NCBI GenBank assembly: GCA_963768055.1
Contig: CAVYGN010000001.1
Location: 960,001 to 1,024,000 of the forward strand
Length of the DNA: 64,000 bases
Direction: 5' to 3'
From: an uncultured Spirochaetota bacterium
GTDB taxonomy: Bacteria; Spirochaetota; Brevinematia; Brevinematales; JAOACQ01
The first letter of the stretch is position 1; every line of letters starts with the position of its first letter. Of this stretch, positions 37,655 through 52,868 are shown in pieces. The notes under the pieces are model-generated. The model saw nothing but the letters and a program-made list of their open reading frames with translations. It was not told the DNA's origin and ran no database searches. Both the position numbers and the translations under genes were made by a program.

Positions 37655-38521
37655 CTATGCCTTGACCGAGCCTGCCAGAAGGCCCCGGATAAAAAACTTG
37701 CCAAGTACGATATAAACTATAAGTGTAGGAAGCGCAGCCATAAGCGCGCCGGCCATCTGGACGTTCCATTCCACTATCTGGCTTCCTGCCAGGTTCTGGA
37801 GGGCGACAGTTATGGGCTGCATGCTCGGATTAGTCGTTATCGAAACTGCGAAAAGGAATTCATTCCAGATATTCGTGAACTGCCAGATTATCACAACTAC
37901 GAAACCCGGTGCGGATATAGGCAGGAGGATCCTGAAAAAAGTCCCGTAAATGCCGCAGCCGTCTATCTGGCTTGCCTCGATTAGTTCGTCAGGCACTTCG
38001 GCGAAATAATTCCTGAATATGAGCGTAGTTATGGGAAGCCCGTAAATGATATGGGTAAGGATCAGCCCGTACAGGGTCCCGTAAAGGTGTATAACGCTCA
38101 AAAACTGGACAAGCGGGATTAATATGCTCTGGTACGGTATGAACATACCGAACAGTATCAACGGGAAGATTATTGCGGAACCCTTGAATTTCCACTTGGA
38201 AAGCAGGAACCCGTTGACAGAGCCTATAAAAGCGGAAATAAGCGTGGCCGGTATGGTTAAATAAAAACTGTTCAGCAGGTTGGGGTAGAGCTTTTCTATA
38301 GCTAATAGAAATGACCCGAAATTAAGCGATCCTGGAAGAGACCACATTGTCGAAAGGTTGATGTCCTCGAAGCTTTTAAGGGCGGTGATAAGGAGCAGGT
38401 ATATAGGCAGCAGGAAAAAAGCCGAAGCGCATAAGAGGACTAAATACAGGATAACCCTGCCGAAGATCCCCCTTGTTTTATAAAGATCGGGAAGTTTTAT
38501 TTTTTTAGGAAGAATCATCAT
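37655..38521 (-). CDS. Carbohydrate ABC transporter permease (MalG-like)
   Basis: EAA loop ELIEASQIDG, WNEFLFA. Confidence 0.92.
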   Translation of the reverse strand: MMILPKKIKLPDLYKTRGIFGRVILYLVLLCASAFFLLPIYLLLITALKSFEDINLSTMWSLPGSLNFGSFLLAIEKLYPNLLNSFYLTIPATLISAFIGSVNGFLLSKWKFKGSAIIFPLILFGMFIPYQSILIPLVQFLSVIHLYGTLYGLILTHIIYGLPITTLIFRNYFAEVPDELIEASQIDGCGIYGTFFRILLPISAPGFVVVIIWQFTNIWNEFLFAVSITTNPSMQPITVALQNLAGSQIVEWNVQMAGALMAALPTLIVYIVLGKFFIRGLLAGSVKA

Positions 38522-39429
38522 TTCTTCTCCCTTTTCAGACTGTTTAAAAGATAAGGGATAATTATCACTGCGACTAGAATAAACATTACTACTGAAATTG
38601 CGGCTCCCTCTCCATAGCGGTTGCCCATGAATGTTTTCTCGAACATGTTAATGCCGGGGAAATCGGTGGCGAAACCCGGTCCCGAACCCGTCATCGTATA
38701 TACCAGGTCGAATATCTTGAGGGAAATATGCCCCAGGATTATTAAAACGCTGAGCGTAATAGGGCTGAGCATGGGCAGGATAACAAAACGGTACATCTTG
38801 AATTCGGATGCTCCGTCCATCCTCGCAGCCTCTTTTATCTCAAGGGGTATGCCTGTCAAACCCGCCAGGTACATGGCCATAGTATAGCCCGTCAGCTGCC
38901 ATCCGGCGGCTATGATAACCGGTATAAGGGCCACATGAAAATGCAGGAATTGCGCCGGCTGGGTAAACCAGCCCCATTCAAGTTTTGAAAGGCCGATATT
39001 TGACAGCAATAGATTTATACCGGTAGGACTGCCGGCCATGCCTGGGTTGAAGATCCATCTCCAGACAACCCCGGTGACGACAAATGATACCGCCATAGGG
39101 AACAGGAAGATATTTCTGAAAATATCGCCGCCCTTAAGCTTCCTGTCAAGTAAGATAGCCAGAAGGAGGCCGCCCCCTACACATATGCATAGGAATAAAA
39201 TCGTGAAGAACAAGGTGTTCCAGAGATCTATCTGGAACCTTTCGCTTTTGAATATTTCAGCATAATTTGAAAACCAGGTGAAAGTAAAATTGGGCATGAC
39301 CCCGACCCATGCCGAAAAGGATACCCGCAGGGTCCACAGTATGAAACCGTAAACAAAGATCAGCAACGCTATAATTGTAGGAAGCAGCGATAATAAAGCC
39401 GCTGTAAATTCCTTTTTTGAACGGAACAT
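38518..39429 (-). CDS. Carbohydrate ABC transporter permease (MalF-like)
   Basis: EAARMDGAS, LKIFDLVYTMTG. Confidence 0.92.
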   Translation of the reverse strand: MFRSKKEFTAALLSLLPTIIALLIFVYGFILWTLRVSFSAWVGVMPNFTFTWFSNYAEIFKSERFQIDLWNTLFFTILFLCICVGGGLLLAILLDRKLKGGDIFRNIFLFPMAVSFVVTGVVWRWIFNPGMAGSPTGINLLLSNIGLSKLEWGWFTQPAQFLHFHVALIPVIIAAGWQLTGYTMAMYLAGLTGIPLEIKEAARMDGASEFKMYRFVILPMLSPITLSVLIILGHISLKIFDLVYTMTGSGPGFATDFPGINMFEKTFMGNRYGEGAAISVVMFILVAVIIIPYLLNSLKREKK

Positions 39430-39447
39430 ATTCCTCTAAAATAACGA

Positions 39448-39472
39448 CCCCGCCCCTTTAAAAAGGGCGGGG
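39448..39472 (-). terminator. Intercistronic hairpin after the solute-binding protein gene
   Basis: CCCCGCCCCTTT/AAAGGGCGGGG GC-rich stem between the binding-protein and permease genes. Confidence 0.6.
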
Positions 39473-39499
39473 CTGATTTGAATTTAAATTACTTCTTTT

Positions 39500-40780
39500 T
39501 CATTTTGTAGACGGTTCGGTTTTTGCCGAAACCACTAATTTTTTAGCGGCATCGACTAAACCTGCGTCGGCCTTATCGACGTCTTTATCGGTGACTAAAA
39601 ATTTCAAAATATCAGTGATTGAAGATAACCAGTTCGGAGCCGCCGCCGCTCCATGAGCGAGGCTGGGTACTATGTTGTTTTTGGAAAAATCATCCATTGC
39701 GGACTGGAGATAAGGGTCGTAAAGGCTCTTGTCCCCGTCGATTCTGCTGGGTATGGACCCTTTTTTCGGATTGAAAGCGTCCTGGCCCTCTTTCGAAGCA
39801 CATAACTGCAGCCATTTAACAGCATTGTCCCTGTGTGGGGCTCCGATCGGCAGCCCAAAGGTATCGGAAAGCATATCGAACGAACCCTTTGTTCCGGGCG
39901 AAGGTGCCCAACCGAATTCCACATCGGGAGTCAAATTCTTCGACTTAAAATAACCTTCAGCCCAGTCCCCCATGATAGTCATGGCGCACTTGCCGTCGAT
40001 TACGAGTTGAGCGGCCTGGTCCCAGGTCAAAGCGCTATGGTCTTCGTTGGCATAACCGAGGATCTTTACAAAGGTTTTGATTGCGTCTTTAACTCCCGCA
40101 GAATCCCACGCAGTCTTGCCGTTCCATAATCCAATATAACCGTCAGGCCCCAGCTTCGCTAAAAGAACGGTTTCGAAAAGCTGGACGGATGCGAAGAATG
40201 CGTTGTCGCCCAATGCCAGCGGAGTAATGCCCTTCTTTTTCAGCTTATCAGCCATGGTAAAAAACTCATCCCATGAATTGGGCACTTTCAAACCGTTGTC
40301 TTTAAACACTTTTTTGTTGTACCACATGACATTAGCCCTGTGGATATTAACAGGTACGCTGTAGATATGCCCGCCGGACGATATTATATCGATAACGCCC
40401 TTCGGATACGCATCCATAATATTTGAGAAAATAAAATCGATGGGTTCCATTTTACCTGCAGCTACATAACCGTCGATTAATTCGTGACCTGCATGAACCT
40501 GGAAAGAATCCGGAGGATTTCCGCCCTGCATCCTTGTGGCAAGAACGGCATGAGCCTTGTCGCCGGCTCCGCCGGCTACGGTAGCGTTGATGAACTCTAC
40601 CCCGGTATTTTGATTGGAGTAGATTTTGATCATCTCCTGCAGACCTTCAGCCTCACCGCCTGCTGTCCACCAGCTGAAAATTTCGACTTTGTTTCCGGCT
40701 TTACCACAAAATGTAATTGTGGTTAAAAGCATTGCGAGACCTACAAGAAAAGAAATTACATGTAATCCCTTTCTTCTCAT
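39500..40780 (-). CDS. Sugar ABC transporter solute-binding lipoprotein (glucose/mannose-type)
   Basis: EIFSWWTAGGE, GGNPPDSFQ, VPVNIHRAN, MGDWA, FNPKKGSIP; lipobox ITFC. Start moved to the ATG at 40780, which follows AGGAGG. Confidence 0.9.
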   Translation of the reverse strand: MRRKGLHVISFLVGLAMLLTTITFCGKAGNKVEIFSWWTAGGEAEGLQEMIKIYSNQNTGVEFINATVAGGAGDKAHAVLATRMQGGNPPDSFQVHAGHELIDGYVAAGKMEPIDFIFSNIMDAYPKGVIDIISSGGHIYSVPVNIHRANVMWYNKKVFKDNGLKVPNSWDEFFTMADKLKKKGITPLALGDNAFFASVQLFETVLLAKLGPDGYIGLWNGKTAWDSAGVKDAIKTFVKILGYANEDHSALTWDQAAQLVIDGKCAMTIMGDWAEGYFKSKNLTPDVEFGWAPSPGTKGSFDMLSDTFGLPIGAPHRDNAVKWLQLCASKEGQDAFNPKKGSIPSRIDGDKSLYDPYLQSAMDDFSKNNIVPSLAHGAAAAPNWLSSITDILKFLVTDKDVDKADAGLVDAAKKLVVSAKTEPSTK

Positions 40781-41066
40781 AAGCATCCCTCCTATTAAAA
40801 TATATTTTTTCAATAAATTTGATAAGCTGCTATGGAATGATCAGTTTTCAATGATTAATATTACAAACTATGAATTAAATATTAACTATATATCGATAAA
40901 TAGTCAATACTATTTTTATTATTATTGTATTCTGAAATCACAACCCCTCTAAATAGCCCGGCACTTGCTTGGTACTAATAAATATTTTCTACAAGTGCCG
41001 GATAACTGAAAACTAAATCCAACTCCATTGTATTTTAATTCCATGGACACTACAGAAATGTCGCTC

Positions 41067-42968
41067 TTACAATTCTTTCTTTTTGGTTTCGGGTGAATAA
41101 AAAAGTAAATACAACTTTTCTTTTTCATCCATAAACACATCAAATAATTCCGGATCAAAAGCCATGGCCCGTTCCTTAAACATTAAGTGAATTGCAGCCT
41201 TTATACTCATAGCCTTGCGATAAGGGCGGTCTGTTATGACCGAGTCCCAGAAATCAGCAATGGAAACTATCCTGGCCGCAAGTGGAATTTCTTTCCCTTT
41301 CAATTTTCTGGGATAACCGCTTCCATCCCACCGTTCCTGATGACAGTAAACGATTTCACGGATAAGGTCAATATTGGCAATTTTTTCGAGGATCCTTTTC
41401 CCTTCTATTGTATGTTCTTCTATATGTCTGCGTTCATCTGGCTTTAAAGGGCCTTTTTTATTTAAAACAGAATCCCTGGTCCCGATCTTGCCGATGTCAT
41501 GTACCAGTGCGCCCAGGTAAATATTCCTGAGATCATCCCCCTGAATACCAATCTTTTGGGCCAGAATCCTTGCGTAAGAACCGACCCGCTCCACGTGGCC
41601 GCCTGTATATTTATCTTTTGATTCGATTGCGGAAGCCATGGCAAGCAGAAAACTTTCCATCTGTAATTCAATCTGTTTCTTTGAATCTTCAACTTCTTTG
41701 AAAATACGGGAATTGCATATTGCCATAGTAAAAAGATTGCCAAGAGTCCTGAATACCTCCAGTATTTTCTCACTGTACATTCTTCCATCATTCCTCTTGC
41801 CGATAGCGAGGGCTCCGATAACATCATTGCGCCTGATCAGCGGTACTACTATGTCGGCCCGGGAAAGATTTTCAGGGACCCAACCGTTTACCCTCCTGTA
41901 TACTTCAATATCAATAATGAAATCAGAACGGATGGCCTGAATAGAAAGCGGTTCAAATGATAGAATGCCGGCATCAATAAATTCCGTCGAAGAACTGTTA
42001 AAATAAGTTTTTGATAAATCATTGAGTTGATCGCATAGAACCGATTCATCAAGTACTGACATAACTTCTTCACTGAACTCCCTGAGAATGCTTTGATAAT
42101 CAATGGGTCTTCCCAGTATGATCCTCTTAGCCCAGTCAGGAAAAAATGTTCCATAGATAAATAGTAGAATAATCATGAAAAGTGCGGCGCCGATATGTGC
42201 GTTTGCTTCTGAAATATAAAGCCAATGCCGGGATGTTTCCAGGAATAATGTGTAGCCTCCGACCATAAGAAGAAAAGTTAAAAAATAGCCGGAAAGATTC
42301 CCCACCAGGGAATTAAATTCCACCAGGCGGTAACGTAGGCTGGCATATCCAAAAATCCCGGCAAACAACGGGATGCAGAGAGCGCTGATAGGTCCATTAA
42401 AAAGATTGATCCCGAAATGGTAAAGATAATCCAACATGCTTAGAAAAAGAAAAAAATAGGCGATCATGATATATTTTGACCGGTTTTTATCAAGAGAATG
42501 AGCTTGATTATAATTTCTTATCAGCAGAATTATTGCATAAGCACCGAATATAGCAACCAAAAGGGGATTTATCATGAATTTCCAATTTCCACTGGCAAAA
42601 TACCCCCATGGGTAATGATACAATTGATTATTGATATACAAATCGGTAAACCAGAGAGTTGCTATATTTAATATGGATGCCGCAGAAAATAGGATAAGCA
42701 CAAGCCGTTGGGTTTTAAATCCGCAGATAATCCGGGCGGAAATCAACCCGGCTCCTGCGAGCAGTAAAGCCATTGTTAAATTGACCTTTGCGGCGAATAT
42801 TGTCCATTCCTGGAATTTGATTTCAACCCATAATCCTGCCGCTAATGCTGAGCTGAAAATGCAGGTCAGCAAAAACCATGGTTTTACCTTTTTGTCCTGG
42901 CTGAAACGGGTAATAAAGAACCCGACAAACAGGCTGATTACAGCCGAAACTAACAATTGCATTTTCAT
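41067..42968 (-). CDS. Multi-TM sensor + GAF + HD-GYP phosphodiesterase
   Basis: About 9 TM helices, GAF-like VVPLIRRNDVIGAL, HDIGKIG, HQERWDGSGYP. Confidence 0.88.
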   Translation of the reverse strand: MKMQLLVSAVISLFVGFFITRFSQDKKVKPWFLLTCIFSSALAAGLWVEIKFQEWTIFAAKVNLTMALLLAGAGLISARIICGFKTQRLVLILFSAASILNIATLWFTDLYINNQLYHYPWGYFASGNWKFMINPLLVAIFGAYAIILLIRNYNQAHSLDKNRSKYIMIAYFFLFLSMLDYLYHFGINLFNGPISALCIPLFAGIFGYASLRYRLVEFNSLVGNLSGYFLTFLLMVGGYTLFLETSRHWLYISEANAHIGAALFMIILLFIYGTFFPDWAKRIILGRPIDYQSILREFSEEVMSVLDESVLCDQLNDLSKTYFNSSSTEFIDAGILSFEPLSIQAIRSDFIIDIEVYRRVNGWVPENLSRADIVVPLIRRNDVIGALAIGKRNDGRMYSEKILEVFRTLGNLFTMAICNSRIFKEVEDSKKQIELQMESFLLAMASAIESKDKYTGGHVERVGSYARILAQKIGIQGDDLRNIYLGALVHDIGKIGTRDSVLNKKGPLKPDERRHIEEHTIEGKRILEKIANIDLIREIVYCHQERWDGSGYPRKLKGKEIPLAARIVSIADFWDSVITDRPYRKAMSIKAAIHLMFKERAMAFDPELFDVFMDEKEKLYLLFYSPETKKKEL

Positions 42969-43029
42969 TCTCCGGATAAATAAGTTTATTCAGGCTTTGA
43001 AGTTCTGTCAAAGTAATTGAATTTATTAA

Positions 43030-43157
43030 GGGCGGTTCCAAAAACTCAACTCTTCAAAAATTTAATAAAATTGAAGCTAATAATTCCGCCCTATGGGCCC
43101 TGCCTTGCTGCCCCAGAGGGCTTGTCCCCGTAAGGGGGGCAGTTTTTAGAAGGGCCC
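43030..43157. mobile_element. MITE-like element, copy 2
   Basis: Imperfect TIRs GGGCGGTTCCAAAAACT / AGTTTTTAGAAGGGCCC, flanked by TAA/TAT, with internal GC mini-hairpins. Confidence 0.65.
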
Positions 43158-43272
43158 TATTGTAATTCCAGAATCAACAACTACCGTAAAAAAATTTCTG
43201 CGTTGACAATTCGAGATATTGTAAAAACAATCTAAAATGTTATATAATTTAACCCGGGTAAGGCAGGATTAT

Positions 43273-48699
<5,427 letters not shown>

Positions 48700-48909
48700 A
48701 ATTATAATTTAGAAGAAACGAAAAGTCACTACCTCCCAATTTTCCCTTTAATGAAAAAAATGTTATAATTTATCTGAGTTGAAATATTTATATAAGTTTC
48801 CGGTACACTTTCCGTAACTTCTATATAAAATCATTTCATTAACTCATTCTATGTAATATAATTAAAGTAAATATTACATATAATTCAAAGTTAAACGGAG
48901 TTATTTAAT

Positions 48910-50208
48910 ATGTGTTATGCAATACCCGGAAAGGTGAAATCCGTCAAGGACAAATGGGCTTATGTGGATTATTTCGGCGAGGAAAAAAGGGCTTACAATG
49001 AATTCCATGATCTTGTTCCCGGCGATTATATCTATGCCCAGGCGGGTATTGTAATAGAAAAAATCGCTTCTAAGGAAGCGAGGGCAATATTAAAGACCTG
49101 GAAAGAACTGTTCTTCTCTTTGAGAAAAAAGGATGAAGAATTGCTGAAAGACAGTATCCAGGCGGTTTCAGTGAGGACATCCGTAAGAAAACTGCTTGAT
49201 GAGGCCCTGGAAGGCCGGAAACTAACCTCAGACGAACTTTTTTCACTGATAAAAGCCGGTGATGCCGGCGATCTGGCGGACATGTACAGTACGGCAAATC
49301 TCATGAGGGCGAAATTTCATAAAAATTCCTGCTGCGTCCATGGGATAATAGAAATATCGAACTATTGCGCCAGGAACTGCGCATATTGCGGCATATCGTC
49401 TGAAGTCAGGAACATTACCCGCTACAGGATGTCGGAACAGGAAATAATAGAGACGGCGCACACAGCGGTAAATAAATACGGTTTTAAAGCCCTTGTACTT
49501 CAAAGCGGAGAAGATTGTTCCTATTCGGTCGATGAACTGGCTGATATTATACGCATTATCAAGAAAAACGATAACGTTCTGGTTTTTATCAGTTTCGGAG
49601 AAATCGGCTCCATAGGGCTTTCGACGCTTTATAAAGCCGGAGCGAGGGGACTTCTCCTGAGGTTTGAAACGTCGAACCCTGAACTTTATTCCAGGCTTCA
49701 CCCGGGGCACTTGCTGGAAGACCGCCTGAACGACCTCAGGAACGCTTATGATATGGGTTATCTTATAATCACGGGTTCACTGATAGGCCTGCCGGGCCAG
49801 ACTGATATGGACCGCTTGAACGATATCCTTCTTGCCAGGGAACTTCACACTGAAATGTACAGTTTCGGCCCGTTCCTTCCCGCTCCAGGTACGATCCTTG
49901 AAAGGAGCAGAAAACCGGATACGGATATGGTTTTAAAAACAATAGCCGTAACCCGGATCGCGGATGCAGAGAACGCTAAAATACTTGTAACGACGGGTTT
50001 CGAAACGCTCTCGAAAGATGCGAGGCGCCGAGGCCTTATGTCCGGCGCGAATTCGGTTATGATCAACCTGACGCCCGCACTCTATAAAAAAGATTATGCA
50101 ATCTATCCTAACCGGGCTCACAGGGATGAGGATCTTGGACGTCAGATCGAAGACACGCTTTTCCTTCTCAAAAATTTAGGAAGGGCCCCGACTGATCTGG
50201 GGTATTAA
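48910..50208 (+). CDS. Fusion of an N-terminal HypC-like domain and a HydE/PylB/BioB-clade radical SAM domain
   Basis: MCYAIPGKV...AYVDYFG...PGDYIYAQAG is HypC-like. The rest has CARNCAYC, VLQSGED, LLRFETSN, IGLPGQT, GANSVMINLTP and YAIYP. Confidence 0.85.
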   Translation: MCYAIPGKVKSVKDKWAYVDYFGEEKRAYNEFHDLVPGDYIYAQAGIVIEKIASKEARAILKTWKELFFSLRKKDEELLKDSIQAVSVRTSVRKLLDEALEGRKLTSDELFSLIKAGDAGDLADMYSTANLMRAKFHKNSCCVHGIIEISNYCARNCAYCGISSEVRNITRYRMSEQEIIETAHTAVNKYGFKALVLQSGEDCSYSVDELADIIRIIKKNDNVLVFISFGEIGSIGLSTLYKAGARGLLLRFETSNPELYSRLHPGHLLEDRLNDLRNAYDMGYLIITGSLIGLPGQTDMDRLNDILLARELHTEMYSFGPFLPAPGTILERSRKPDTDMVLKTIAVTRIADAENAKILVTTGFETLSKDARRRGLMSGANSVMINLTPALYKKDYAIYPNRAHRDEDLGRQIEDTLFLLKNLGRAPTDLGY

Positions 50209-50209
50209 C

Positions 50210-51142
50210 ATGAATCCGCCGATAATCTGTGTAAAAAATGTCAGCAAGAGCTATGGAGAGATCAGGGCTGTAAAAGATTTTTCATTCGATGTCGAAGAAG
50301 CCACATGTTTCGGCTTTTTAGGCCCTAACGGGGCCGGAAAAACAACAATGATGAAAATGATTTACGGTAAGGCTGAAAGAGACAAAAAGTCAAAAAGCGA
50401 AATAAGGGTTATGGGATTCGATCCCGCTAAAAAACCGCTTGAGATCAAGTCCATTTCCGGAGTCGTACCCCAGGAAGATAATCTTGACGAGGAATTGAGC
50501 GTATTCCAGAACCTTTATATCTATACGCGCTTTTACGCCATTCCCGCCGCTGAGTCAAGGAAAAGGATCGATTCTCTTCTGGATTTTATGGAACTTACAG
50601 ATAAAAAGAAGGCGATGATCCGTGAACTTTCCGGCGGGATGAAAAGACGCCTGATCATTGCCAGGGCTCTTCTGAATAATCCGAGGCTTCTTATTCTCGA
50701 CGAACCGACCACAGGCCTGGATCCGCAGGTAAGGCACCTTATCTGGGACAAGATAAGGAAATTAAAAAAAGAGGGAGTAACGATCCTGCTTACCACCCAT
50801 TATATGGAAGAAGCCTTTGAGATCTGCGACAATATAATAATCATGGATAAAGGGGTAAAAGTTCTCGAGGGAAATCCTCACAAGCTCATTTCAACCAACC
50901 TGGAAAAATACGCCCTTCAGATCATTAATAAAGAAAACGCTTCATGCATCGAGAAAAACCTGGATTTCAAGCTTATCAGGAAAGAGGAATCGGAGGAAAT
51001 AGTGGCGTATTATTCCAACGACCTGAAGTATCTTGAAGATATAGCCCTCTGCATGAAAACAGGAGATTTCTATATCCGGCAGTCCAACCTTGAAGACCTG
51101 TTCCTGAAAACAACGGGGAGGAGCCTCAATGAAGACCAATAA
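50210..51142 (+). CDS. ABC-2 exporter ATP-binding subunit (NodI-like)
   Basis: GPNGAGKT, LSGGMKRRL, LDEPTTGLDPQ, TTHYMEEA. Confidence 0.92.
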   Translation: MNPPIICVKNVSKSYGEIRAVKDFSFDVEEATCFGFLGPNGAGKTTMMKMIYGKAERDKKSKSEIRVMGFDPAKKPLEIKSISGVVPQEDNLDEELSVFQNLYIYTRFYAIPAAESRKRIDSLLDFMELTDKKKAMIRELSGGMKRRLIIARALLNNPRLLILDEPTTGLDPQVRHLIWDKIRKLKKEGVTILLTTHYMEEAFEICDNIIIMDKGVKVLEGNPHKLISTNLEKYALQIINKENASCIEKNLDFKLIRKEESEEIVAYYSNDLKYLEDIALCMKTGDFYIRQSNLEDLFLKTTGRSLNEDQ

Positions 51143-51914
51143 ACCCTGTGTTCCCTCTCTTTTCTGGAGGATATGGAGCGTGTGGTACCGTCACATGCGT
51201 GTTTACTCAAGGAATATATTGACGAACGGGCTGCCTCCTTTCCTGGATCCACTGATATTCCTGGCAGGCATAGGCATTGGACTGGGCATCTTCATAGGAA
51301 AGATGGAAGGCATTTCATATATTGAATTCCTTGCCTCGGGGCTGCTTGTTTCCACTGCGATGTTCACATCGTCTTTCGAGTGCTCCTTCGGCACTTTCAT
51401 CAGGCTTGAGTTCGACAAAGTTTATGACGGTATGATAGCCGCCCCCCTTACTGCTGAAAACATATTTGTCGGCGAGATCCTATGGGCAGGAGCCAAGGGT
51501 TTCTTCTTTTCCATGGCCGTACTGATAATAATAAAGATCTTCGGGTTTATTCCTGGCCCTATGAGCTTTTTCACTCCCTTTGTAGGGATGCTTACAGGGC
51601 TTATGTTTGCTTCTTTAGCCCTGTTGGTCACATCCTTTGTAAAAACTATAGACCAGTTCAATTTCCTCTTTACCGGCTTCCTTTCTCCGATGTTCTTCTT
51701 TTCGGGTATATTCTTTTCGCTCCAGAATATGCCGCCTGCGATACGGGTCCTGGCTGAGTTCCTGCCGCTAACGCACACAGTGCGCCTGGCGAGGGCCCTT
51801 TGCTTCGGAAGATTCGGTAACCTTGTTTTTCTGGATCTTTTGTATACGGCCGTTTTCATATTACTTTTCGCATACCTGGGAGTTTCCAGGCTCAAAAGAA
51901 AGGTCATAGATTGA
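51129..51914 (+). CDS. ABC-2 exporter permease (NodJ-like)
   Basis: Six TM helices, PMFFFSGIFF, LPLTHTV. Confidence 0.9.
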   Translation: MKTNKPCVPSLFWRIWSVWYRHMRVYSRNILTNGLPPFLDPLIFLAGIGIGLGIFIGKMEGISYIEFLASGLLVSTAMFTSSFECSFGTFIRLEFDKVYDGMIAAPLTAENIFVGEILWAGAKGFFFSMAVLIIIKIFGFIPGPMSFFTPFVGMLTGLMFASLALLVTSFVKTIDQFNFLFTGFLSPMFFFSGIFFSLQNMPPAIRVLAEFLPLTHTVRLARALCFGRFGNLVFLDLLYTAVFILLFAYLGVSRLKRKVID

Positions 51915-51933
51915 CCTGAGGCGGAGGCGGAAA

Positions 51934-52782
51934 ATGCACTACTATAAATACCATGGCCTTGGCAACGATTACATTGTCATAGATCCCTCTCAGGTAAAAA
52001 TTCTGCCCGATAAAAATAATATACGCCTTATCTGCAGCCGGAATTACGGGATAGGTTCCGACGGCATCCTTTACGGCCCGTTATTCGAAAACGGTTCGAT
52101 CGTTTTAAAGATATTCAATCCGGACGGGAGCGAGGCTGAAAAGAGCGGCAACGGGGTAAGGATTTTTTCAAGATTTTTATATGAAAAAGGATATGTGGAA
52201 AAGAGGAATTTTTCTTTTTTAACAAAAGGCGGAAAGGTTGAAATCGAGATAATGGATGAAAACGCGCGCATGATCAAGGTTAACATGGGCAAATATACCT
52301 TTCATAGCGAAAAAATACCGGTATCGGGGATGCAACGCGAGGTGATAAACGAAGAGATCGTCCTGGAGGGAAACTCCTACCGGATGACATGCGTTTCCGT
52401 CGGCAATCCTCACTGCGTCATACCCCTGCCTGATATTTCCGAAAACCTAGCCAGGAGGCTCGGGCCGATAGTTGAAAATTATCCGCTTTTCCCTAACAGG
52501 ATCAATATGCAGCTTTTAAATGTCGTCGACAGGAACAATATAAGGATCGAGATATGGGAGAGGGGCGCCGGTTATACCCTGGCGTCGGGCAGCAGCAGCT
52601 GCGCCGCCTCGCTCGCCGCTTTCAGGCTCGGCATGGTCGACAGCCATGTAAATGTCAAAATGCCGGGCGGGATCATCGGGATAGATATAAAAGGGGAATA
52701 CGTCGAAATGACCGGCCCTGTCGAGGGAGTGGCCGAGGGAAATTTTTCGGGGGAATTTCTGGGGAAGATGAAGCTGGGGTAA
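51934..52782 (+). CDS. dapF: DapF-fold amino-acid epimerase with Ser/Ser active site
   Basis: KYHGLGNDY, GIGSDG, NPDGSEAEKSGNG, VGNPH, FPNRIN, WERGAGYTLASGSS; both canonical Cys positions are Ser. Confidence 0.8.
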   Translation: MHYYKYHGLGNDYIVIDPSQVKILPDKNNIRLICSRNYGIGSDGILYGPLFENGSIVLKIFNPDGSEAEKSGNGVRIFSRFLYEKGYVEKRNFSFLTKGGKVEIEIMDENARMIKVNMGKYTFHSEKIPVSGMQREVINEEIVLEGNSYRMTCVSVGNPHCVIPLPDISENLARRLGPIVENYPLFPNRINMQLLNVVDRNNIRIEIWERGAGYTLASGSSSCAASLAAFRLGMVDSHVNVKMPGGIIGIDIKGEYVEMTGPVEGVAEGNFSGEFLGKMKLG

Positions 52783-52868
52783 ACAAGGATTACCGCAAAG
52801 ATCGCAAAGAATTACAGGGAGAAACGGAGAAGCGGAGAGTTTTTTAAAATATACGGCCTTTATTCGAT

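Noticed and set aside
40949..41158. Small ORF / peptide downstream of the HD-GYP gene
   Set aside because: It overlaps the HD-GYP 3' end and spans an inverted repeat (CCGGCACTTG...CAAGTGCCGG) that is better explained as a terminator-like hairpin.
48801..48816. sigma54 -24/-12 promoter for the radical SAM operon (CGGTAC-ACTTT-CCGTA)
   Set aside because: The GG spacing is right, but the -12 element is GT rather than GC and TT is missing; too weak to call without TSS data.
48910..50208. Plain hydE, bioB or pylB annotation
   Set aside because: It has an extra HypC-like domain, lacks the HydE PATTA motif (LVTTG instead), and none of the partner genes is in the window.
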